NCBI GenBank assembly: GCA_015075365.1
Contig: JABTUN010000003.1
Span: 601,060-665,059 of the forward strand
Length of the DNA stretch: 64,000 bases
Direction: 5' to 3'
From: Verrucomicrobiaceae bacterium
GTDB taxonomy: Bacteria; Verrucomicrobiota; Verrucomicrobiia; Verrucomicrobiales; Verrucomicrobiaceae
Program-made: the position numbers and the translations under genes
Shown here: one piece after another, positions 29,695-37,986 of the stretch
Numbering within the stretch: the first letter of the stretch is position 1
Layout: each line of letters opens with the position of its first letter
The notes under the pieces: generated by a model
Databases searched by the model: none
The model's input: only the letters and a program-made list of their open reading frames with translations
What the model was told of the DNA's origin: nothing

Positions 29695-30045
29695 ATTGCG
29701 GAGCCGTGAGGCGTGCTGGCCGATTGCGATGCCACGATTGCGGAGCCGTGAGGCGTGCTGGCGATTTCAAATGCCCGATTACGGAGCCATGCGGCGTGTT
29801 CGCGGGTTCCGATGCCATCATTACGGAGTCACGAGGCTTGCTCGTGATTTCAAAGGCTGGATGACGGAGTCACGCGGCGTGCTGGCGATTTCAAATGCCC
29901 GATTGCGGAGCCATGCGGCGTGTTCGCCGCCTCCGATGCCATCATTACGGAGTCACGGGGCTTGTTCGTGAATTCAAAGGCTGGATTGCGGAGCTGTGCG
30001 GCGTGTTCGGAGCCTCGATTGCCTGGATCGCGGAGTCTGCGTGCT
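29695..30045. repeat. Degenerate tandem array C, about 9 units of 41-42 bp headed by AT(T/G/C)(A/G)CGGAG, with a 124-bp higher-order repeat
   Basis: Unit heads at 29695, 29737, 29778, 29820, 29861, 29902, 29944, 29985 and 30027. Units 2-4 match units 5-7. Confidence 0.9.
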
Positions 30046-30078
30046 TGTCAGGAGACGGCGAATTTGGCAAAATGAAGC

Positions 30079-30429
30079 ATGAGCACGCCCGCCGCGCCTC
30101 CCACGATCCCCGCGCCGCCGCCGCAGGTCATTCCCGGCGGATACCGTCTATGCCGCGCTGGGCGATCCCACCCGCCATCGCCTTCTTCAGATCCTCGCCG
30201 ATGGCCAGGGGCGCACCGCGACGGTTCTGGCCGGAACGTCGGCAAGCGGCTCGACGCCACGCTGAAGCACCTCGTTGCCCTGCGCGGCGCGGGCCTCGTC
30301 GTCACCGCCGAGAACCCGCAGGACGGCCGCCGCCTCCTCTACCACCTCACCCCCGCCATCCCCGCGACGAAGACGGAACGCGGCTGGGAGATGGACTTCG
30401 GGTATTGTTTGGTGAGAATAGCCGCTTGA
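30079..30429 (+). CDS. ArsR/SmtB-like HTH protein with two compensating frameshifts
   Basis: The alternate frame at about 30135-30234 reads ADTVYAALGDPTRHRLLQILADGQGRTATVLA. The annotated frame resumes with NVGKRLDATLKHLVALRGAGLV. Confidence 0.75.
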   Translation: MSTPAAPPTIPAPPPQVIPGGYRLCRAGRSHPPSPSSDPRRWPGAHRDGSGRNVGKRLDATLKHLVALRGAGLVVTAENPQDGRRLLYHLTPAIPATKTERGWEMDFGYCLVRIAA

Positions 30430-30474
30430 TGGTGTGCTGGTGCCATCAGTCATGGTCGAGTATGTTTTTCGCCA

Positions 30475-30852
30475 ATGAGCATTGAGTTACAAGAAGGCTG
30501 GTTCGATGAGCTACAACTCGATTGTGGCGAAGGTGGTTTCGTGCCAACCGACATTAGCGCCGCCAACGCATCTCCTGAAATTCTCCAACAGAACGTTGAA
30601 AGTATCGTTGATCACTGGACGGACATTTGGCCGAATTTCCGCGAAGGCATCTCCACATTGATGGAAAGTTATCGCCAAAGCCCACCAGATTGGACTCAGA
30701 TTCGCATGCTTTATTTGGAGCTTCCTGACGCTTTAATCTCAGATGAGAGCGAATGGAGTGTTAGTGTGGAGTTTTCAGCCTCTGTGACCCTCTGGGTTCT
30801 TCCTTTTTGCGGTTGGTTGGACCTTCGAAATCAAGCCCATGCGATTTGGTGA
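30475..30852 (+). CDS. Acidic hypothetical protein
   Basis: 125-aa ORF, AT-richer than its flanks, no motif recognised. Confidence 0.6.
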   Translation: MSIELQEGWFDELQLDCGEGGFVPTDISAANASPEILQQNVESIVDHWTDIWPNFREGISTLMESYRQSPPDWTQIRMLYLELPDALISDESEWSVSVEFSASVTLWVLPFCGWLDLRNQAHAIW

Positions 30853-30923
30853 TTAACTCAAATCTACCAGTTCTTTTCCTCGATTGCGGAAACACTGACA
30901 GAAATCGACAGGCTTTATAACAG

Positions 30924-31170
30924 AGCGCCAACGGCGCGCCCCATCCCAGCCTGGGCCTACGGCCCAGGAACGCGTGGCCAACCACGACCACCCCAGTTGA
31001 GGGCTGAAAGCCCGAGCCATGCACGCCACATGTCTTTTCCCCACGCCGTGATCGCCAACCCGACGCGGTGCGTGCATGGGACGGGCTTTCAGCCCTTCCC
31101 CGAATCTCGTCGGCCTTCCGGGCTGCCTGGGCCGATGGCCCAGGCTGGTATCGTTCGCGCCTTTGGCGCT
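30924..31170. repeat. Nested inverted-repeat (REP-like) element
   Basis: Outer arms AGCGCCAACGGCGCG..CCAGCCTGGGCC..GGCCCAGG and CCTGGGCC..GGCCCAGGCTGG..CGCGCCTTTGGCGCT. Inner arms AGGGCTGAAAGCCCG (31000-31014) and CGGGCTTTCAGCCCT (31082-31096). Confidence 0.8.
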
Positions 31171-31448
31171 GAAAGGCGATTGGGAAAGCACCATGGCCGG
31201 ATGGAATTCCGCCTTGGGCGCTGAGGAGAGATGAGTCCAGAGCGTCAGAAGGCGATGGTGTCTCAGTGCCTGGATCGCGACAAGTGAGGCCAAGCAGGCC
31301 ATCGTGGAACGACTGGCCCCGTTTGGAGAATATCGCGGAACCGGGGAAAATATGAAGGCGGCGCAGGGGCAGGCGTCGGCCCCATGAGAGCTTCCTCACA
31401 CTTCCAGGCTTGCTTTTGAGGGGAAGCAAATCTTTGGATGGGCCGATC

Positions 31449-33452
31449 ATGCGTCTGCTCCTTGTCTTCCTTCTGTCCGTCACGGCACTGGTGGCCGCGC
31501 CGAAAAAGCGTCCCGTGTCCGCCGCCGGCAGGCCGAACGTCCTCTTCATCATCGCGGACGACCTGCGCGACTACACGGGCTGGCTCGGCGGGCATCCGCA
31601 GGCAAAGACACCGCACATGGACCGCCTCGCCCGCATGGGCATGCGCTTCACCAACGCGCACTGCAATTTCGCCCTTTGCAACCCCTCCCGTGCCAGTCTC
31701 ATGACCGGTCTGCTGCCCTCCTCCAGCGGCGTGTTTGGCAATGAGCAGGACTGGCGGCGCAGCGTGCAGATCGCGGGCAAACCCACGCTGCCGGAGCATT
31801 TCAAGGCGGCGGGCTACCTCACCGCGGCGGCGGGAAAAATCTTCCACGCCAACCACGGCGGGCCGGAGGGGCGCCTGGCGGGCTGGCACGGCGGCCGGCG
31901 TGGTTTTGAGCAGGACAGCGCCTGGGACCAGCGTTTCCCGCGCGCGGGCGTGCAAATCCCCGACCTGCCCGTGCATACCGGGCAGAACTTCAACGGCCTG
32001 GACATCTGGCACTGGGACTGGGGCCACGTCCCTGTGGAGGATTCACAGACGGACGACGGCCAGTGCGCGGCCTTTGCCGCCGACTTCCTGGGCAAGGCGC
32101 AACGGAAGCCGTTTTTCTTCGCGCTGGGTCTCTACCGCCCGCATTCCCCCTGGTATGTGCCGCAGAAATACTTCGACCTCTTTCCTCTGGAGGGCATCAC
32201 CCTGCCGCCAGTGAAGGAAAACGACCTTGATGACGTGCCGGAGGCCGCCAGGGGCCATCTCAAGGCCGGCAACCACCACGACGCCATCCTGAAGGCCGGG
32301 AAATGGAAGGAGGCCGTGCGTGCCTACCTCGCCAACGTGGCCTTTTGTGACGCCATGCTCGGCCAGGTGCTCGACGCGCTGGAAAAAGGACCGCACGCCG
32401 GCAACACCATAATCGTCTTCACCTCCGACCACGGCTGGTACCTCGGTGAAAAACAGATGTGGCACAAAGGCAGGCTATGGGAAGAGGCCACTCGCGTACC
32501 CCTCGCCATCGTGGCACCCAAGGTCACCCGGCCGGACAGCGTGACGGGCCAGCCCGCCGCCTTGATCGACCTCTATCCCACGCTCTGCGATCTCACCGGT
32601 GTGAAGCCACCGGAGCATCTGGACGGTGCCAGCCTCAGGCCCCTGCTGGCCGATCCGGCCGCCACGCGCGACCGCCCTGCCATCACCACCAGCGGCGGCG
32701 GGAAAAACGCCTCCTACGCCGCACGGGACGCGCGCTGGCGCTACATCCGCTACGCCGATGGCGGCGAGGAGCTCTACGACCACGACACCGATCCGCATGA
32801 GTGGACCAATCTCGCCGCCGCGCCGGAGCATGCGGCGGTGAAGACCCGCCTCGCCGCGCATTTCCCGCAGGAGTTCCGCAGCGCTTCCCGCCCCGTGGTG
32901 GAGCTTGTCGGCCCGCCCAGTCCCAGCGGCTCCGTGGACCTTGCCTTGCAGCCCGGTGATGAGATCCCCGCGGCCGACACGCCGCCCGTGCAGGGACGCG
33001 GCATCTACATCCACGCCGCCTTCGATTACAATCCGGAAGTCGATTCCGACAGCACTCTCCTCTCCCATGGTGATGAAAGGCTCGGCTATGTGCTGCACCT
33101 CGCCGCCAGCCGCCCCACGCTCACCATCCTGGTGGACGGAAAGGCCACCAGTATCAACACAGACACCCTGGAGGCCGGCCGCGCGCAGGTCCGAGCGCTC
33201 ATCAGCAACAGCGGCTTCATGTCCATCGCCGTGCCCGGTCATAGCGAGATGCTGGACCTCACACCCTTCCCCGGCGGCTTCCCGCAGGAGCCCGCCACCG
33301 GCATCGCCGCCGGGCAGAGCTTTGGCCCGCTGAAGGTCAAGGACCATCCCAACAGCACGCCCTTTGACGGCAAGTTCACCCGCCTGCAGGTCACCATCAT
33401 GCCGCCGCAGGAGGTCGTGGCGAAGCCCATCCTTCCTGCCGCCAAGCCTTGA
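31449..33452 (+). CDS. Sulfatase (choline/iduronate-2-sulfatase-like) with C-terminal LamG-like domain
   Basis: PNVLFIIADDL, CNPSRASLMTG (CxPxR), RPHSPW, TSDHGW..HKGRL. Confidence 0.9.
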   Translation: MRLLLVFLLSVTALVAAPKKRPVSAAGRPNVLFIIADDLRDYTGWLGGHPQAKTPHMDRLARMGMRFTNAHCNFALCNPSRASLMTGLLPSSSGVFGNEQDWRRSVQIAGKPTLPEHFKAAGYLTAAAGKIFHANHGGPEGRLAGWHGGRRGFEQDSAWDQRFPRAGVQIPDLPVHTGQNFNGLDIWHWDWGHVPVEDSQTDDGQCAAFAADFLGKAQRKPFFFALGLYRPHSPWYVPQKYFDLFPLEGITLPPVKENDLDDVPEAARGHLKAGNHHDAILKAGKWKEAVRAYLANVAFCDAMLGQVLDALEKGPHAGNTIIVFTSDHGWYLGEKQMWHKGRLWEEATRVPLAIVAPKVTRPDSVTGQPAALIDLYPTLCDLTGVKPPEHLDGASLRPLLADPAATRDRPAITTSGGGKNASYAARDARWRYIRYADGGEELYDHDTDPHEWTNLAAAPEHAAVKTRLAAHFPQEFRSASRPVVELVGPPSPSGSVDLALQPGDEIPAADTPPVQGRGIYIHAAFDYNPEVDSDSTLLSHGDERLGYVLHLAASRPTLTILVDGKATSINTDTLEAGRAQVRALISNSGFMSIAVPGHSEMLDLTPFPGGFPQEPATGIAAGQSFGPLKVKDHPNSTPFDGKFTRLQVTIMPPQEVVAKPILPAAKP

Positions 33453-33486
33453 CGCGCCACGCCTGCGCCCGTAACCAGCCGCAGTC

Positions 33487-34755
33487 ATGACCGACTCTGA
33501 AATCCAGTCCGCCATCCTCGACATGGGCCGCCGGGCCCGCGCGGCCTCATACGCCCTCGTCAATCTCTCCACCGACCAGAAAAACACCATCCTGCACGCC
33601 ATGGCAGACGAGCTCCTTGCCCGCCAGGATGCCATCCTCGCCGCCAACGCCCTCGATCTGGCTCGCGCGCAGGAAAACGGCCTGTCGAAGGCCATGATCG
33701 ACCGCCTCACCCTCGATCCGAAGCGCCTCCAGGCCATCGCCGCCGCGGTACGGGAGGTCGCCGCCCTGCCGGATCCCGTGGGCGAGTTGCTGGCCGAATG
33801 GACCCGCCCCAACGGCCTCCGCATCCGCAAGCTGCGTGTGCCCATCGGTGTCATCGGCATCATTTTTGAATCGCGGCCCAATGTGACGACCGACGCCGCC
33901 TCGCTGTGCTTCAAGACCGGCAACGCCACCATTCTGCGCGGCGGCAGCGAGGCCATCGACAGCAACCGCGCGCTGGCCGCGGCCCTGCAAGCGGGTGGTG
34001 AACGCGCCGGACTGCCGGCCGACAGCATCCAGCTCATCCCCTTCACTGACCGCGCCAGTGTCGAGCACATGGCACGCATGGATCAATACCTCGACCTCAT
34101 CATCCCCCGGGGTGGAAAGGGATTGATCGAAAAAGTCGTCGCCACCGCCCGCATGCCTGTCATCAAACACTACGACGGCGTCTGCCATGTCTATGTGCAT
34201 GCCGATGCGGACCTGGACATGGCGGTGGACATCATCGCCAACTCCAAGTGCCAGAAGCCCGGGGTGTGCAACGCGTTGGAGACCGTGCTCGTCCATCACG
34301 ACCTCGCTCCCGTCTTTTACCCGCTGCTCGGCGCGCGCCTTGCCGCCGCCGGCGTGGAACTGCGCGGCGATGACACCGCGCGCGCTCATCTCGGCGTGCC
34401 CGCCACCGCCGCCAGGGAGGAGGACTGGCGCACCGAGTACCTCGATCTCATCCTCTCCATCAAGACCGTTTCCGGGCTCGGCGAGGCCATCGCCCACATC
34501 AACGCGCACGGCTCCCATCACACCGACAGCATCGTCACGCGGGACCCCGCAGCCGCTGCGCGCTTCCAGCACGAGGTGGACAGCGCCGTCGTCCTGCACA
34601 ATGCCAGCACGCGCTTCAATGACGGCGGAGAGTTCGGTTTCGGCGCGGAGATCGGCATCTCGACCGACAAGCTCCACGCCCGCGGCCCCATGGGTCTCGC
34701 TGAGCTGTGCAGCTACAAATACCTCGTGGATGGCAGCGGCCAGCTCCGCGCCTGA
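33487..34755 (+). CDS. proA: Gamma-glutamyl phosphate reductase
   Basis: VPIGVIGIIFESRPNVT, ILRGGSEA, CNALET, HNASTRFNDG, GISTDKLHARGPMGL. Confidence 0.97.
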   Translation: MTDSEIQSAILDMGRRARAASYALVNLSTDQKNTILHAMADELLARQDAILAANALDLARAQENGLSKAMIDRLTLDPKRLQAIAAAVREVAALPDPVGELLAEWTRPNGLRIRKLRVPIGVIGIIFESRPNVTTDAASLCFKTGNATILRGGSEAIDSNRALAAALQAGGERAGLPADSIQLIPFTDRASVEHMARMDQYLDLIIPRGGKGLIEKVVATARMPVIKHYDGVCHVYVHADADLDMAVDIIANSKCQKPGVCNALETVLVHHDLAPVFYPLLGARLAAAGVELRGDDTARAHLGVPATAAREEDWRTEYLDLILSIKTVSGLGEAIAHINAHGSHHTDSIVTRDPAAAARFQHEVDSAVVLHNASTRFNDGGEFGFGAEIGISTDKLHARGPMGLAELCSYKYLVDGSGQLRA

Positions 34756-34794
34756 CTACCGTCCACATCGAGCACAAGAACGACGACGAGCCAG

Positions 34795-35544
34795 ATGCCG
34801 AGCACAAGCCCCGCGCACTTCTCACCTCTGACTCCCATCGTTTCTCCTCCATCCTTTTCGCTCCCCCGCACGGTCCGGCTCGTGCGTGATTTCGCCGAGC
34901 TGGCGGGCACCCCCTTTCGCGATGGGGTCAACGCCCTGTGCTGGCCGCGCGTGCTCGATGGCGACTTTGCCGCCGTGGCCGCAGGCCTGGAGGTGCCGCG
35001 CGGTCTCACGCACCTCGACGCGGACTTGCTGGGCGGCCTTTCCCTTGATCAGGACGGACGCCGCGCTGTCGCGCACATGCAGGCGGATCTGGAGCGCCTG
35101 CGCGGACTCGGTCTCGATCCCGTGCTGGAGTGTGTGAATGGTTATACGCACCCGCTGCTGCCCCCGCACCTGCGCACTGATGTGTGCTCCTTTCATGCGG
35201 ACAGTGCCACGGCGGAGGCGGACACCTGGCTGTGTACCTATCACGGGGCCTGCTCCGAAGGATTGCCGGACGACCACGCTCTGCGCCGGGCGGACCACCC
35301 GGCGTCCCGGCGCGCTCTGCTCGCGGCATTCGGGGGCGGGGAAGGCGCCGCCTTCGAAGCCTGGCTGGAGGAGCATTTTCACGACCTGCATTACCTGCCG
35401 CGGCCCGGCGCGGTGCCCTATGCCTTTGGTGTCTTCCACCTGTGGCGCATCGCCACGCGCCACCCCGGCTGCGCCGTGCCGCCCTGCATCCACCGTGCCC
35501 CGTACCCCGTGCCCGGGCAGCGGCGGCTGCTCCTCATTAGTTGA
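34795..35544 (+). CDS. DUF1826-like protein
   Basis: DV.SFHADSA..DTWLCTYHGACSEG and CIHRAP..RLLLIS motifs. Confidence 0.65.
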   Translation: MPSTSPAHFSPLTPIVSPPSFSLPRTVRLVRDFAELAGTPFRDGVNALCWPRVLDGDFAAVAAGLEVPRGLTHLDADLLGGLSLDQDGRRAVAHMQADLERLRGLGLDPVLECVNGYTHPLLPPHLRTDVCSFHADSATAEADTWLCTYHGACSEGLPDDHALRRADHPASRRALLAAFGGGEGAAFEAWLEEHFHDLHYLPRPGAVPYAFGVFHLWRIATRHPGCAVPPCIHRAPYPVPGQRRLLLIS

Positions 35545-35576
35545 CACCCGCGGAACCGCCGCCGGGCGTGGCCGGG

Positions 35577-35681
35577 GATGAGAAGAAGCAGATGGCGGAG
35601 AATGCAGCCCGCGACCGCCGCGACCCACGCTCCGGCTTCACGCCCGGAAATGCGGCGCATGCGTTTTTCAGCAGCCTGTAA
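35577..35681 (+). pseudogene. Possible C-terminal transposase remnant with IS right end
   Basis: Frame ends ..AAHAFFSSL*. GCGTTTTTCAGCAGCCTG (35661-35678) is identical to the MITE TIR at 7169-7186. Confidence 0.45.
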
Positions 35682-35766
35682 TGGAGGTCGTTTCTGATCT
35701 CGCATCGCCCGCCTCCCCAACTCGCAGCTTTAACCACCGCCGATGGGCTCGCGCGCGCATCCCTCT

Positions 35767-36108
35767 TCAAGAGCCGGCGTTGTCGTGGCCTTGGAAGGTC
35801 TTCGCGTCGCCCGTGAGATGCAGCGGATGTCGCGCGAGATACCAGTGGTCGTCTTTGATGTGCATCATGACGATGCGCGGGTCGTTCTTCGGCTCCTCCG
35901 GCATGAAGCCGCGCCCCTTCATGTTCGACTGCCCGCACAGCAGCCACAGATCCAGATGCGTCGCGCCCTCCGGCAGCTTCATGATGTCCACGCTGACCAG
36001 CGGCGGCTTCGTCGGCGGCGGTGTGCTGGCTTTCTTGGCCTTCGCCGCCTTTGGGGCAAAGAGCGGAGAGCTGAGGGCGAGGAGACAGAGAAGGAAAACG
36101 CGGCGCAT
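35767..36108 (-). pseudogene. Truncated sialate O-acetylesterase (SASA) family gene
   Basis: Signal peptide, LWLLCGQSNMKG motif and ARHPLH..DNAG, then a stop where the VGPG-type motif and the rest of the domain would follow. Confidence 0.75.
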
Positions 36109-36317
36109 GGTGCGTGAACGGGACGCTGCGGTGGCTATTGCCTGCGGCGATGTCGATTTCGTGACTGAAATTCTGCGCCGTTTTCGGGCACCAAATCAAC
36201 ATTTGGTCGATTTCGTGCCTGACTTAGTCAGACCAAACCGGAAGGCAGTAGAATGGTGGCAGCAGAATGGATTCATGATTCTACTGTCCTCAAATCCATC
36301 TGGGAAGCGGTCCAGTC

Positions 36318-37172
36318 TTACTTAAACAGTTCTAGCTGATCTGGGTGAGAAGTCGGTTTGGCCGGAGCCTTGGATGCAGGCTTCGCAGGCGCTTTGGCTG
36401 GCTTCTTGGTCTTGGGACGCTCTTTGCGTTTCTCGGCACGTTCCTGGGCTTTGATGGTGAACTTCCGCAGGTTGGCGAGCATGCGCATGATGTCCGACTT
36501 GTCGCCGTCCAGCATGTCGTTCAGGTCCCGCACGGCAGGCGAGTCAGGCTCCAGCTCCTCCAGCATGTCGCGATAGCCTTCGGCCACCTTGGGTTCACCG
36601 AGCAGGATCTTGGCACGAGCGCTGAGGTAGGCCCAATGACGAATTTCAGAGATGTGGAAGACTTTTCGGTCTGGATAAAGTGTGCTGATGGAATGTCCTG
36701 GCACGAACAGCAGAGCCGCAGCCTCATCCACCTTGGCACGGTCCAGCAACAAGTCCGCCAGCGTGGTGCGAGCAAAGAAATAGCCCGGCATGTCGCGGAA
36801 CATTTGCTCACACAGGCTCAAAGCCTCGTCCCGCTCTGCCTGCGAGCCATCGCGCAGGGCGTTGATGAGCCAGTTTCGGAAGCACGGCACCTCTGGATGA
36901 CGGGCGGACATCTCACGCAGCTCTGGCACGAGCTTTCTCGCATTTTTCTGCATGAGAGGGTAGACCTTCTCCATGCGGTCCCGCGTCGCCTTCGGCAAGG
37001 CGTCCACCGCCGGGTCAGGCATGAAATCCCAGGTGATCTCGAAGTTCATGAGGTGATAAACCTCCGGCGGCTGGTCCTTGCGAGCCTTGACGTTCAACGG
37101 GCGCTCAGCCAGGCGTTTGAGCAGGCCTTTGCCGTGGTCCGGGTTTCGATTGGGTTTGCGGCGTTTGGCCAT
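36318..37172 (-). CDS. Hypothetical helical (TPR-like) protein
   Basis: 284-aa ORF with helical-repeat-like segments (YFFARTTLADLLL) and a K/P-rich tail. Confidence 0.7.
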   Translation of the reverse strand: MAKRRKPNRNPDHGKGLLKRLAERPLNVKARKDQPPEVYHLMNFEITWDFMPDPAVDALPKATRDRMEKVYPLMQKNARKLVPELREMSARHPEVPCFRNWLINALRDGSQAERDEALSLCEQMFRDMPGYFFARTTLADLLLDRAKVDEAAALLFVPGHSISTLYPDRKVFHISEIRHWAYLSARAKILLGEPKVAEGYRDMLEELEPDSPAVRDLNDMLDGDKSDIMRMLANLRKFTIKAQERAEKRKERPKTKKPAKAPAKPASKAPAKPTSHPDQLELFK

Positions 37173-37251
37173 GCGTGTCGATAAAAGGATGCAGTCAGAA
37201 GGTCAAGCCACTCGTTGCAGGTGCCCAGGATGTATTTTGTGACAATCCAGG

Positions 37252-37437
37252 CTCCGCAAACGCATCACCGCCAGCATTGTCGATGAGGTGCGGGAGAAAG
37301 TGCGCCGCCTGAAGCTCCCGAAAGGCCAGTCCGTCCGCACCGGCCTCATCTACTGCGGCGAACTCGATCCCGAGATCGACGGCCGGGATGATTTTGATTT
37401 TCTGGTGCCTGCGGAGAAGCTGCTGACGAGGAAGTAA
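37252..37437 (+). pseudogene. Orphan C-terminal fragment of an ATPase / DUF234-type protein
   Basis: Start-less frame LRKRITASIVDEVREKVRRLKLPKGQSVRTGLIYCGELDPEIDGRDDFDFLVPAEKLL*, with an in-frame TGA just upstream (37240). Confidence 0.5.
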
Positions 37438-37460
37438 GAACTTCGTCGCTCACAAGATCA

Positions 37461-37979
37461 TCAATCAATGTCGTAAAAGCGAAACTCCTCGCCATCTAAG
37501 GCCAATTGAATGCGAACTGGAGCACCTTTCGGCCATTTGTTCTTTGGCTGGGCATCGATGCGGTCTGCGAATTGAATGATGATTGTTCCGGGAACCAATG
37601 GATCGGGCATGGTGCCGATCTGAAAGTCCTTATCGTTCACGCCTTTGGCTTGGTAGGCGGATAGCATGTCGTCAAAGAACGACTTCAACAGATCCGATAC
37701 ACCAGCGATCTGCTGTGAGAACCGATCTTGGGAGATGCGTTTCTTCAAAGTCGTGTGAGCACACGATTCATAAAACTTGGCGTGATCTTTCGTGGCGAGA
37801 ACGGTTCTGAATCGCTGAATGGCGAGCATGATCGGCTTCGCTTGCGCTTGCGTGATTGGATTCGGCTTTTGGTAGGCATCACGAGGCCGCGCAGCTGCCT
37901 GCTGCTGTGCTGAAAGCATGGAGGTCATCGCCAAGCCGAAACCAAGTGCCAGAAGGATGCTTTTCATTTTCGAATGCAA
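37461..37979 (-). CDS. Hypothetical secreted protein
   Basis: Signal peptide MKSILLALGFGLAMTSMLSA, 172-aa ORF. Confidence 0.75.
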   Translation of the reverse strand: MHSKMKSILLALGFGLAMTSMLSAQQQAAARPRDAYQKPNPITQAQAKPIMLAIQRFRTVLATKDHAKFYESCAHTTLKKRISQDRFSQQIAGVSDLLKSFFDDMLSAYQAKGVNDKDFQIGTMPDPLVPGTIIIQFADRIDAQPKNKWPKGAPVRIQLALDGEEFRFYDID

Positions 37980-37986
37980 ACTGAGT

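Noticed and set aside
29695-30045. 41/42-bp array as a degenerate CRISPR or attC array
   Set aside because: The variable parts are mutually homologous (124-bp duplication) rather than unique spacers, and there are no RYYYAAC/GTT ends.
30430-30870. Solitary atypical genes as dispersed attC cassettes
   Set aside because: No attC-like ends were found by eye at 30475-30852, 37461-37979 or 40743-41450.
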